From: Tubulanus polymorphus
Lineage: Eukaryota > Animalia > Nemertea
Direction of reading: 5' to 3'
Assembly (NCBI RefSeq): GCF_964204645.1
Contig: NC_134030.1
Span: forward strand, 2,770,778 to 2,834,777
Length of the DNA: 64,000 bases
Shown here: in pieces, positions 1 through 12,973 of the stretch
How positions within the stretch are numbered: position 1 is the stretch's first letter
Layout: every line of letters begins with the position of its first letter
Notes under the pieces: model-generated
What the model saw: the letters and a program-made list of their open reading frames with translations, nothing else
Database searches by the model: none
What the model was told of the DNA's origin: nothing
Made by a program: the position numbers and the translations under genes

Positions 1-631
1 TAAAACACTTAATTCAGTAATTGACATAATATCAATCATCACTGTAAGGATAACAATAGCAAAACTCTATAGATATTCAAACTTGACTCCAATGGACTTG
101 CAGAGAAGGCATCTGCATGCAGCTTTTAGGTTACTCCGTGATATAGAATGTAAATTGGGTAAGAAATCTCTTTGTTCTAAGAGTGTAAGATGGAACGTCA
201 CAAATCTCATTTAGCGCAGTCTAGTTGTATCAGACGCCAATATCTATTCGCAAAGTACCTTTTTCGGTGTGAAATCCCGAACCGTTTGATGATGGTTTTG
301 TTTTATGTATCGTGTTAGCGGTTTTGGCGGAGTTACAATAATAACTGATCATTCCTGAGGGGGAATCGTTTTCGCGAAGCCGCAATTGCGATGTCTGGAC
401 AGTAGAACCTTCAGCCGACCCGATGGACACGAGAGCTTATTAGTTTTTCGTCAGTGACGTCTCACCTGATCAACTGAAAGAAGTTGTGGCTAATCTAATC
501 CGTGTCACTGACAATAATCTAGATTCGGACCCTTGAGAGACGTATTCACGTCAGTCAACGCGAGACTGTACGAGAAAACAGGAGATGACGTTACCGTTAC
601 TGTCAGGATCAAGGTCGACATCATTTTATCA

Positions 632-1160
<529 letters not shown>

Positions 1161-4100
1161 TGAATATCAATGATTACTCCAAGAAGGGTACAAGTCCTCT
1201 ATTGCATTTCTGAACCTATTAGAAGAGATACCAAGTCTGATTGGGTAATTATTCGCTAAAATATGCATATTCAAATCACCTTGAAACGTGTACAAAAATA
1301 CGAGAATGAAACGCGTGATTAGAAGAAGCTTCGCATTAAACAACTCGATTATTTTAAGGATAAGTCGCGCTGTCGATCAGAGATCTGAGAGAGATGATAC
1401 GCTAGTTGATAAAACAACTATTCGATATCGTCGAATATCATCTATAATGACTAGATTATAACTGCGAGCTAATCTCAGATTTCAAATCAATACAAGCTAT
1501 GACTATATTGAATGTTTATGATCGTTTCATTCAGATTTTGTACCCTTCTCACTATCCAAACTGGGTATGTGTCGCCATTCTCCTATTTGGACATTTATGT
1601 AACTTGTCATATCCGGGACCTGGGCTCGACAATCATATCATGACCTCAAAATCAATAAATAAAAATAGTAAATCGATCTTAACTGGACCCAATGATTCAC
1701 CGACTGAAAAAATCGCTTATTTCGTATTCTGATAAGAATCGCTGTTGTCAGATTCGGTGCTAATCGATTTTGAAGAACCAGCCTAGCGGTTTTTATACGC
1801 AGTTTCTTTCGACGCGGCAAAAACTTCGTGTTTGTTGATTTTTTTTATTGTTGTTGTAAAAACGACAAGATCTGCTGGCCATCGGTTGTCAAACGCATTA
1901 ATCGAAAAGTGATCTCCCGCGCCACCGATCGTGTCAGCTCGAATTTTTTATATCCGAACCTCGTGATACAGGACATCGTCCACGCGTTCATTCTCTGCAT
2001 CTTAATCAATCACTTCCTTCCTACTATAACTCGTCGTCGTCGCCGGCGTCGTCTTCATTTTCCGTTAATATTCAGGTTTTTTTTCTGGACCTGTCATCTT
2101 AATGGCGATGATATCATCGATTCAGTGTAACGTCCGTTAGTTCGGCGCGCGAGGAGAGACGCCTTCACGAGCAGGTGTTACCTACTGATTGACTGGATGT
2201 ATAAGTTTCTTCTCTCTCGACCGCCGCTGGTTCTGGTTCAGTCTGTTTTTCTTGCCGACAATTTCTGAAGGATCTTTGTGCGTCTCGCCAGTCGGAATGA
2301 TTTGATATAGCTAGTCGCTTGTTTGGTGATATTTCATCGGCGGTTTTTCTGATGAAGTTAACTCGCTATACTAATCAACTGCCTGCGGTATAGACTCACG
2401 GAGACAGGACCATCCCTTTATTCAAAAAGGGTCAGGTAGAGCTTTACCCGTGAGGAAATTTAGTTCATACCGAGTAATTGACTTTGCGTGTACGCTTCCA
2501 TTTCACAGACGGCTTGCGGGATTATGGGCTTATCATCGTATACGCTTATCCCAATTCCTCTTAACATCACGAGACAAGCTCGATGTCTAAAGATTACATT
2601 TTTTCCGACACGGCGGACAATCACGTCCGAAGAACTATCCTTTTGTCGCAGAAATTCTCATCGTTCCAAAACACGTACCCTGATTAACGCTAACAAAATG
2701 CTCTCTCGCAACGTTTTCGTTTTTTAACGCCGTGGTTACAAAAACCGTTTTTATACATCGCTAACTTCTATGAGTCGATGTGCTGTATACGTCATCGATA
2801 TCGGCTCCAAAAAAAAATAATGTTGACGTTTACTTTACTTCATATCAAAATCAATTATGCTTTTATTTTCTACGGAAGGAATTTTTGTTTTTTTTATAGT
2901 GAATTTTGCATCGAGTCACAAGAAAAACATCAAAGACGCCGAATTCTGAAGTTACATAGCCTTAAGATCTTACTTAACTATTCAAAGCCTTGGAAAAGGC
3001 TAATTACTATTTCCATAACTTTTCCAGCATTTTCCAGGATTCGTTCGAACCCGTGTATGTAAATATACCGAAACAAAAATATCTCCGCCGACGGTTTAGA
3101 ATTATCGAAGAGAATATGATAGAATATGACGGAAGATATATCGATCACCAGACAATAATTGATATATCACAGATACTCAAATCACACTCGGCAATGAGTA
3201 CTTATCATCTGAAGCAGTTTCATAATTGGTACCTCAGAAAACTTAATTGTCAGCGACGAGTGAGCCGTTTACGCGCCGAAATGCGTATCGGGAGTATATA
3301 TTCGAAACTCGATAAGCGGCAGGAGTTTTACATCGTATCGGAAACCTATCAGCGTAACACACATCGGAAAACGATGTTCTGTTATGATTATTATTAACTC
3401 TAAGAGCGAAAAAACCCTTACACAAAATCTATCACTATAGCTTAATGTGTATACGAGTTGTCGACAGGACGACCGGTATTTATTACCGGTCTGTTTGTCG
3501 GTTTAATCAATTTCGTATGAATGAAAAGGGATATCTCAAGATTAAGAAATTGATCATTTTTTGACGCCGTAATAAAAACCGTTACAAAAATGTTTTTATG
3601 CATCGCTATCTAACTATGCGTTATTTAACGGGTTCTGTGTGAGTCACTGCGCTCAACGTCATCAATATCGGAGTTTCAAATTAACAATTGTGAATATTAG
3701 TGTTTATTTAGTATCATGAGTCTTATTTTCTATCAAAAATATTTCCATGTCTTTTGATAATGAATTCTAAGGAGATTGTTTGATTGATTGTGCACTACGT
3801 CATCAAATGTTGCCTACATCTTCGTAAATGCGTCAATATTCTGTATGTCGAAAGTCCTATCATAACATAATAAAAGCTCCAAACTGATATCCTCGATCCC
3901 CGCGGTAACTATGCCGTCTGCCCCTCGTGTGAGTTTGTGATGAATAGATTTGATAGTGCTCAAACGAGCGTAGCGTAAATTTCTAATGTAAAAATGGAAG
4001 TTTAACTCGGAAAACTGGGAATTCGTTCATAACCGCTGCGCAATAGAGAGTGGAGTGAACCATGAACTATAAAAACACTGATAAATCACGGCACTGACGC

Positions 4101-4423
4101 CTGATTGAAACCCAACACAACTTCTATACCGGTGTACTACAAGTCTGTGACGTTACAGCGCGTCATAATGGCCGTCAAGTGAAAGTCTCTAACTGAAAGT
4201 CACCGTTGACGGTGTGAACGGTGTGAATAAAAAGGTTTGTGATGGCGTCTGTGAATAAAAAAGTCAACAGGGCATCGGGGATCGCATAGCGAGGCAGGGT
4301 CTCTAGATGCCATCAGGTTCGAATCCCGGCCGAGCGGGAAGGACGCTTTGGTTTTGTACCGTGTTCGCAATTCGGTTTGGACCCGAAACTCGAAACATCT
4401 TCGAAGGGATTAGAAAGAAATCA

Positions 4424-4541
4424 GGACCAAGTTCTGCAGTTGTGAGTTAGAATTTAACTCATTAGATTATCAATTCATCGAGACTTAACTAATTCCAACT
4501 CAAGAGTTAACTCTAACTCATCATAACTGTGGAACTGGATC
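4424..4541. mobile_element. MITE family C (GGACC(C)AGTTC-type TIR), Harbinger/PIF-like
   Basis: ggaccaagttctgcagttgtgagttaga...tctaactcatcataactgtggaactggatc is an inverted repeat. Related copies at 26657-26768, 63795-63868 and partial 41464-41512. Confidence 0.7.
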
Positions 4542-5130
4542 TGAGGCAGAATTCTCATCGAACCAGTATCTATCAGAGTTAGAACTACTGCCAAAACTCC
4601 GAGAAAAAACTTTGTAAATACCCCGTAAATTGCTGCTGCTGTTTTTTCTAATTGGAGCCGATTTAACGACGCAAACTGCAATGATGCCCATTCACGATTC
4701 GCAGTCGTCGTTCATCACGTATTGGTTCGATTACACGTCGTTAACGCAGTTTTTACATAAACAAAATTGTTCGCGTTACTTGACATTCGTAAAACGAATT
4801 AAATTGACTACTCGATTTCTATCGCGCTTCACGCAATAAAAAAATGTATCATCATCAACACCAACAGCGGCGGCGGCGGCGGCGGAGTATGTGTGTATAG
4901 CCAGACCGACTTCACAGCTCTCATGTGTCATCATTAGTAAAATGAATTAACATCACACTTGATCGCATCGTGAAATCCCGACGCATAAAAACTACCATCC
5001 AGTTTGAATATAAAAACAGACATGTAACGTATATAAACTTCCCATCGCGTGCTCGGGTATAAAAACCTGCCATACGCTTTAACCATAATTAGCCGGGTAA
5101 ATGTGTATAGTTGGTTTCGGTTAAAACTTT

Positions 5131-5257
5131 GGGGCCAGTTGCTCAAAAGTTGGTTAGAGTTAACCAGTGGATAGTTGCATAGTGACAATTAAAACTTCAT
5201 TGTTACTATGGTATTTATCTGCTGGTTATCTTTAACCAACTTTTGAGCAACCGGCCC
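5131..5257. mobile_element. MITE family A (GGGCCAGTTGCTCAAAAGTTGGTT TIR), Harbinger/PIF-like
   Basis: TIR gggccagttgctcaaaagttggtta / taaccaacttttgagcaaccggccc. Close copies at 32174-32300 and 48446-48571; partial or degenerate at 60756-60785, 49878-49978 and 35619-35962. Confidence 0.85.
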
Positions 5258-5867
5258 CTGATAAACAACAAATCAGAGGTTTCACCTTTGGATGAACCAC
5301 AGGACTCTAAAACGAAACGTCCAGAGTCCAGCGCAGGTTGTAAGGATTTAAACACATACACATAGTTTACCCACGGCCTTATAGGTGGCGTGAATCAGGG
5401 TATTTGCTCCATAATCTATAATATCGAAAATTCATGAATATATAGTTTTAATGATTTTTTGACAATATTGATCTCCTCTCAGTGGGGGAAATCGAGAATA
5501 TGTTAACCCAAAATCTCTAATCGACGAACATCAAGAGGACAACATTCTCCGTAAAACGATAATGTCAAAGGTGAAATTAATTTTTCCTTACCCCCCCCCC
5601 CCTTCACAGGTAGATTAGTTGGCGGAAAAAATATCCACGGTGCAACAGCACGAGATAGAGATTTACTATTTCTCGTAATTTATCAATAATTGAAGGAGTC
5701 AATGCGGTCGCCAGGCAGCCTTCGATGACATCCACGCTGACAACGATTTGTAATTAACTCAACAAGTCTTTTTTTTCCAGTTTAGCTTTCAATGCACGAA
5801 CTGAGACAGACGAGTCGTTTGATGTTCGTTTCAAGACGAAATGATCGGATTCGATCGAGAAAGAGCG

Positions 5868-6038
5868 CGGTGGTGGTGAGCGGTAGTGGTGGCGGGGGTG
5901 GCGGTGAGCGGTGGTGGTGGCGGTGATGGCGGTGGTGGTGGTGAGCGGTGGTGGTGGTGGTGATGGCAGTGGTGGTAGGGGTGAGCGGTGGTGGCGGCGG
6001 TGGTGATGGCGGTGGTGGTGAGCGGTGGTGGTGGTGGG
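5868..6038. repeat. (GGT/GGC)n trinucleotide-like repeat
   Basis: Imperfect ggtggtggc / ggtgagcggt array. Confidence 0.9.
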
Positions 6039-8097
6039 TCTGTTAAATACTGCTAGAAGGCGTCGTCGTGTCGAACACAGCCGTCAGATTCAACAAAAAT
6101 CACCTTATTCATTAAACAACGATTTATCTTGGGATACGATTTTCACAAAGCCCAGAAAGTGATTTTTCCACACAGAGATCTGCAACGTTCTACGACCCTA
6201 TAGTGTATACCCATTTCTGGTTCTTCGTGAGGATGTCATTAAACTTTTCTATAGTTGACGTAAAAAGCATTTATAATGGTACTTTTAGTTTCCACGGACC
6301 TTATCATGTATGGAAGAGGCCAATAGGAGTGATTATCATGAACAGATTGGATGACAACAACAATCTGAACAGAATTTACAAATCCAATAGTACAGCGCAA
6401 CCGCGCTGTATCCGGGGCGGCTTCGAAGAAACGTGGAGCCCCGGCTGGAGAAAGAGGACAAAAATTGAATCAATTTCCTCGACGACAAAACCAATCTGGT
6501 GCTGAATCAATTCGATGAGATTGGTAGAAATACCTGATATCATTTACTGGACACCGTCACTGACGGCGTCTCCGCGATAAAAATATTCCAAATATACTAT
6601 CGAAACTGTGAACAAATAGCCAATAAATGTCAGCTGGTATTACTGATATAAACAACCTATGGGAATGTGGTATGCACGCGCAGTCCATCTGGTTAACGTA
6701 GCAAGCGGAATGATGGAAAAAATCGTGCGTCAATATTGTGTAACCGGTCGAGTTCAAAGCGTCGCTGATATTTCTGATAGTTTCTCCAAAATATCTATTC
6801 TCCAGCTATATTTTTGCCAGACGATATCTAGAGCTCGACAAGACAGCCGAAAGAGACCTGCAATATCTTAAACTTGACTGAAAGAGACCCGCGATCGGTG
6901 GAGTAGAATGTGTAAGATTTATCGAAAGTTGATGTAATAAATCCGGTTGTTTTTAACTCAACATTTCCTTTGATTTAATCCCATATTTCCCATTCTTCGT
7001 ATCATTCATACAAAACCGCAGTTATAGAAATCTCTCTCGGGAAACGATTAGTTCTGAAGCGTTGATTTTTAGTTTTACGAGTTTTAACACGACGCCAGAC
7101 ATTCTCGAAAAACAAATGCGACTAAATGTTTTAGTTGAATTTAACTCGTCGCAAGAGGGATCAGTTTAATGACCTCCATAAATCGGCAAATCAAGCGCCG
7201 AGACGCTGTATGTCAGTAACCTTTGAAGAAACACTCGCGTGTTGTAACGATAAAATAAAATCCCACTCAAAGAAAGAAAAAAAGAGTCGCAAAGTTTCTT
7301 TCAGTTCATATCTTATTCGACGTTTCGGCTTATAATCTGAATTGTTATCTTAAGGAGTACTGTCGATATTCTTGCTACAAAAAAAATGAGATCTGAATGT
7401 CATGATGCGGTTTGAGCTAGAAGGCGTCAATAATCTAGGGAGATAGCAGACGAACAATGTCGCCACCGGGATTCGAACCCTGGATTGGCGAAACCAGACC
7501 CTCTCGGCCACTGCGTCACTCTTCTTGTAAGCTTTCTTGTTAATATCTGAGATCTTGAAAACTTGTAGAGCGAGCAGAGAGCTGCTGCAATACGAGATGC
7601 TCGTACATCGTGTTGTTTATGGCTAATGAAAATGAATGAGGCCGAATTGTCAACAGGATAGATAGTACAAATCAGCGGGTAGTGAGTGCGCGGTATAGTA
7701 GTAACTACTGTAGTGACTAATATAGACTGATAGCGTCATCTCATCCTCCCTCGATCTCTCTCAGTATAAAACAGTGTGACGGTAAATCCTCACTAAATGC
7801 TCAGATAGAAAAAAACAGACAGGTCGCAGCAATTAATCAATTAGAAAGGTTGACGGTTGATATTTGTCACGATCGAAAGTCCGCTTAAAACCCGATTAGA
7901 TGAATCGAGCAGTGCAGTCGAGGTCATTGAGTCGTTGTTGACTATAACACTGTTTTACAGATCTCCTCCATTCTTCCATCTGAGGATGATAACACATTTT
8001 TCCCTGTCGCCGTAACAAAATAATGTCCATCAAATTAAAGAAAGCATCCCTGCAAACTGTACTGCATGCTACACCTCCTCATCCCCATTTTTATCAA

Positions 8098-8246
8098 TGA
8101 AATCCTTTTTTCATATTTTCAAATAGGGATTGTCCCTGTTATTCATTTTGTTGGAAGATTTTGTCTGATTTTTTTCAGACAAAAATCTTCCAACAAAATG
8201 AATAACAGGGACAATCCCTATTTGAAAATATGAAAAAAGGATTTCA
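8098..8246. repeat. Near-perfect foldback palindrome (~70 bp arms, T-rich loop)
   Basis: tgaaatccttttttcatattttcaaatagggattgtccctgttattcattttgttggaagatttt... is mirrored by ...aaaatcttccaacaaaatgaataacagggacaatccctatttgaaaatatgaaaaaaggatttca. Confidence 0.9.
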
Positions 8247-8309
8247 CAATCTAATCCCGGTTCTTGAAGGAACATTTATCCGTTAGATTTTGTTTCTTAC
8301 AGATTCTAT

Positions 8310-9506
8310 TTAACAATTCGTAAATAATTTAATGAATTCTTTCCTGAAAACTTTCAATGTTCCGATGTAAATAAAGAAATTCACGCAGAAAACGAAATGT
8401 CGTAATGTTTGCAGAAATTGGTCTAAACCAAACCATAAAGTTTTGAGAAAGAATCGATTATGATGATCTGTTAAAGTGTATGTTAAAGTGGATAGGAGCC
8501 ACATATGATAATTTCTATAAAGCAATGGTCCAATGACGTACGTAAAGTTGTAGATGCAATGAACTACAGCATACGGGAAAACAAATAAACTATACACAAT
8601 AACTGTAACTAGAAGAGTTTTACTGGCTGAAGATTGATGACGATCTGTTCTCTTCGCTCTCATCTCAGATCTCTTATTGCGTAATGAAGCAGTTAACACT
8701 GATAATATTACAATCATTACAGAAGGAAATATATCTTGTAAAATTGTTTTTCCAGCAGCTATTGCTTGTGCCTGGGACAGATGCGAATAAGAGATTGACT
8801 GTTCACACTTAAAATTGGTAAATGTTTCGTTGTATCTGCGAAATTTACTGAGATAAACACGACTGTGCATGATCGCTGAATCCAAGTTCATAAGATACGC
8901 CCAGAAGATGACGAAACCTACTGTAATTTTACGCCGAGTGACGGTGAAATGTTTCATGTGAAAGAAAGGAAAACGAATAGAAACAAATCTCTCGATAGCG
9001 ATCACTATAACCGTGTAGTTTGATACAGATATTGCCTGGTTATAAAATAGGTTTGAAAATATACACGCAGGAAACACTCGTCTGGGCAGATAATAGAAAT
9101 AGTAATAGAAATAGTAAAGTGATGGACATAGTTTACTGTGTTTAGCAAATGTCACATAACCACTGCGACATTCTCTATAAAATCTTAGATAAACTACAAA
9201 GATTTTCAAATTGATAGGGAATTGCCGTAACCGAAACAAGACGACAAGTTGATCTGAAAACGCGAGAGTTATGAGATAGGGGAACGTGTGACGAACTGAC
9301 TGATATCTGCGACATTTTATCAGTAAAATTATTGTCAGAAAGTTAAACACACTACCTGGTGGAAGCAGGAAGATACATTTGAATAACCAGTTATATCTGA
9401 CTATGAAGTCAGTAAATCTCTTGAAAGCTATGATATAATCCGGTGTCTTCACAGTAGTCCAGTATATTCTACGAGTTGTGTTGACGATAGCGGTAAAATT
9501 GTCCAT
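8310..9506 (-). CDS. Rhodopsin-like (class A) GPCR, peptide-receptor/chemoreceptor-like (FMRFamide-receptor/Srw-type), copy 1, intronless
   Basis: Seven hydrophobic segments; TM2 LAFSD, TM3 Cys and IAIERF (DRY equivalent), TM7 FCVNFFIY, helix-8 FRKEF; N-terminal NFT/NTT sequons. First ATG is at 9506 (the ORF track starts at GTG 9560). Confidence 0.88.
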   Translation of the reverse strand: MDNFTAIVNTTRRIYWTTVKTPDYIIAFKRFTDFIVRYNWLFKCIFLLPPGSVFNFLTIILLIKCRRYQSVRHTFPYLITLAFSDQLVVLFRLRQFPINLKIFVVYLRFYRECRSGYVTFAKHSKLCPSLYYFYYYFYYLPRRVFPACIFSNLFYNQAISVSNYTVIVIAIERFVSIRFPFFHMKHFTVTRRKITVGFVIFWAYLMNLDSAIMHSRVYLSKFRRYNETFTNFKCEQSISYSHLSQAQAIAAGKTILQDIFPSVMIVILSVLTASLRNKRSEMRAKRTDRHQSSASKTLLVTVIVYSLFVFPYAVVHCIYNFTYVIGPLLYRNYHMWLLSTLTYTLTDHHNRFFLKTLWFGLDQFLQTLRHFVFCVNFFIYIGTLKVFRKEFIKLFTNC

Positions 9507-10323
9507 GACAAGAACAGAACAGTTTGACGCGACAATCAGTGTAGTAACTGCTTCTCTCACATTGTGGGTTACAGCCGCGGTACCACGATTTCAAAATACT
9601 TCCATCAAACTCCTGCTACAGAACACACTATAATCATCTGAAGATTTCACACGCTTTGTTGAAATTACTACTCACAAGATTTGCTATGCTGTAGAACACC
9701 AACTGAAATTAGGTATGTAGGCATGTAAACATATTGTTACACTTTCAAATCATGGAGTTTCTTCCCCTCATGAACCCCTTTCAATGAAGACTTATTGGAT
9801 ATCCTTCAATAAAGTGAAGAATGGATTAAAAATCAATGATTTTGGTCAAAGAGTCATTTTTGGTCCTAATATGACTTCTGAAATAGACATTAGTTTATCT
9901 AGTTTTCATTAACGTAGTCAGATTCTGGGTGCTCGAATCCGTACGGGACACCGCTTTACAAGCATTCAGACGCTTATGTTTGTAACTTATGTTGTAATTA
10001 TATATCATTCATACTGCATATATACAGTCATGGTGATATAAATATTACAAATAAATCTACGGTCATCATGAACGAAGATCAAACGGACACGATTTGGCCC
10101 GGGCCAAATTGGCGCGGATCAGACACGAACCAAATTTGGCCCGTGCCGAATTTAGAGAGCGCGTTCACACGTAAACCACTAACGATATGAATACCGATAT
10201 GACCGATATTAGACCCGCAATATCGCGCCCTTAATTCGGAACCCCTCGAGGAATAGATTAAAAATCTACGGACCACAATTTAATCCGGGTTCTTTAAAAG
10301 AGACGTTTATCCGTCAGATTTTT

Positions 10324-11541
10324 TTAATTTCTTACAGATTTTATTTTACGACGAAAACAATCAGTGAATAGTTTAATAAATTCTTTCCGGAAAACTTTCA
10401 ATGTTCCGATGTAGATAAAGAAATTCACGCAGAAAACTAAGTGTCGAAATGTTTCCAGGAACAATGCTAAGTAGAGCCATATATAAGTGAGAAAGAATCG
10501 TAAATGAGGTCTTGATCGGTCATAGATGTTTATACCATAATTTCTCTTAAGCTCTTCGCGTAAGGCGGTCATTACATAGTGAATGCTTTTAACTACAGCT
10601 TGCGGTAAAACTAGTAAAATATACACAATAACTACAATGAGAAGAGTTTTACTGGCTGAAGATTGATGACGATCTGTTCTCTTCACTCTCATCTCAGATC
10701 TCTTATTGCGTAATGCAGCAGTTAACACTGATAATATTACAATCATTACAGAAGGAAATATATCTTGTAAAATTGTTTTCCCAGCTGTCATTGCTCGCGT
10801 CTGGGTCATGCTTGTAGCGATTAACGGATCACACCGAAAAAGGTCGTATGTTTCGTTGTACATGTATTTACGACGAATTTTAACGAAATTAACACGACTG
10901 TGCAAGATCGCTGAATCCAAGTTCATAAGATACGCCCAAAAGATGACGGAACCTACAGCAGCTTTACGCCGAGTGGCGGTGAAATGTTTCATGTGAAAGA
11001 AAGGAAAACGAATAGAAACAAATCTCTCGATAGCGATCACTATAACTATGTAGTTTGATACAGATATTGCCTGGTTATAAAATAGGTTTGAAAATATACA
11101 CGCAGGAAACACTCGTCTGGGCAGATAATAGAAATAGTAATAGAAATAGTAAAGTGATGGACATAGTTTACTGTGTTTAGCGAATGTCAGATAACCACTG
11201 CGACACTCACTATAAAATCTTAGATAAACTACAAAGATTTTCAAATTGATAGGGAATCGCCGTAACTCAAACAAGACGACAAGTTGATCTGAAAACGCGA
11301 GAGTTACGAGATAGGGGAACGTGTAACGAACTGACTGATATCTGCGACATTTTATCAGTAAAATTATTGTCAGAAAGTTAAACACACTTCCCGGCGGAAG
11401 CAGGATGATACATTTGAATATGGTGTTATATCTGACTATGAAGTCAGTAAATCTCTTGAAAGCTATGATATAATCCGGTGTCTTCACAGTAGTCCAGTAT
11501 ATTCTACGAGTTGTGTTGACGATAGCGGTAAAATTGTCCAT
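10324..11541 (-). CDS. Rhodopsin-like GPCR, tandem paralogue (copy 2), intronless
   Basis: Same motifs as copy 1. The N-terminal half is nearly identical, and the upstream flank is duplicated too (9561-9680 vs 11596-11715). Confidence 0.88.
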   Translation of the reverse strand: MDNFTAIVNTTRRIYWTTVKTPDYIIAFKRFTDFIVRYNTIFKCIILLPPGSVFNFLTIILLIKCRRYQSVRYTFPYLVTLAFSDQLVVLFELRRFPINLKIFVVYLRFYSECRSGYLTFAKHSKLCPSLYYFYYYFYYLPRRVFPACIFSNLFYNQAISVSNYIVIVIAIERFVSIRFPFFHMKHFTATRRKAAVGSVIFWAYLMNLDSAILHSRVNFVKIRRKYMYNETYDLFRCDPLIATSMTQTRAMTAGKTILQDIFPSVMIVILSVLTAALRNKRSEMRVKRTDRHQSSASKTLLIVVIVYILLVLPQAVVKSIHYVMTALREELKRNYGINIYDRSRPHLRFFLTYIWLYLALFLETFRHLVFCVNFFIYIGTLKVFRKEFIKLFTDCFRRKIKSVRN

Positions 11542-12973
11542 GACAAGAACAGAACAGTTTGACGCGACAATCTGTGTAGAAACTCCTTCTCTCACATTGT
11601 GGGTTACAGCCGCGGTACCACGATTTCAAAATACTTCCATCAAACTCCTGCTACAGAACACACTATAATCATTTGAACATTTCATACGCTCTGTTGAAAT
11701 AACTACTCACACGATTCGCGATCTGAGAGTTTACTAAAAATCCATCTGAAATAATCTAAGTTTCCATATGAAAATTCGCAGTAGTTTTAGACTCGAGTTT
11801 AATTACAGCCCACTGTACAACCACAAAGTTCAAAGTTGTAAAAATGTTTTACAATATATTTAAATGATTCAATTGCATCTCCGCAATGACTAATAGATTT
11901 TACACCCCAGCGCCTCACCCCCTTACACCTCCCCGCTTAGAGTCGAATTCAAACTGTGTATCTGGGGACTGAGTGTCTACTCAAATTACCACTTCCCCTT
12001 TCTCCTGAATATGACTTAAGTTAACCCCCCTCGCCCAAAACACACTCTGTAGCTCCACAGTTAGGTCCACACCTGGACCGAAGAAATGTCACCGCTTTTT
12101 TAACGCATTCGATGTTGCTGCGGTCTCTTTCCAAATCACCACGGCCCGGTGCTCTTAGTCCGTCTATGTTTGTAAATTGATACCGAATGGTGAATTACAC
12201 GTAGTGCCCGTAGGGGGCGATAGTAAGCCTGGGAAAGCATTCATACCCCAGTACGGATGACCCCATAATCCCTGCCGTTGTGCCATCTTTAGTCGAGCAG
12301 TCGCTTGTTTCTTCCATTTAGTTCTAGAAATATTCACAACAATACCACACGTTAAGTTGAGGCAAATGAATAATCGGACACATGCTGAGCAGGGATGAAA
12401 CTTAAAGTGACTGTCGATTTGAAGATGTTTATAAAATATTTGGCCCCTGATAAATATTTTGTGGAAATGTTTAAGGCTATTGCTGGTGAAGTCAGTCTAG
12501 TGGTCTTGTAGTATACACGTTGATAATAGAAGTAAGTAGCTATTACTCGTATGTGTGGTGAGTAATCTATTATTTGGATTAACTGATTTATACCAATCAA
12601 CCTGGAATAAATGCGGACATGTTTCCCACAGGTAGCAATCACGAATTTTATTGATGCGAAGAGAATGAACGAACAGAGACAGACTGATGACAATACAACA
12701 GGTTCCATCAACGCTTGATGACGGTTTAAGAGACAATGGCGGCCCTCCCCTCCCCCTCCCTCCCTCCCTCCCCATCAGGATTAGTTCAGAGATATTTCTC
12801 ATGTGTCAGTTTGATAATACCGGGAGAGTTGAAGGCCATTCTGTTACTCGGCTTGATCTTTACGTTTTGGGAGCGTCTACCCCGAAAATGTCATCAGATT
12901 TTCAGACCCCTTTTACTGTACCCCCTTTGGCCTGCACCATGTTTGTACCGAGAAATACACGCTCACTTTGAGT

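Noticed and set aside
1780-1960. Minus-strand peptide NAFDNRWPADLVVF resembling the Polinton integrase WQADL motif
   Set aside because: Downstream integrase motifs are absent and the match is too short
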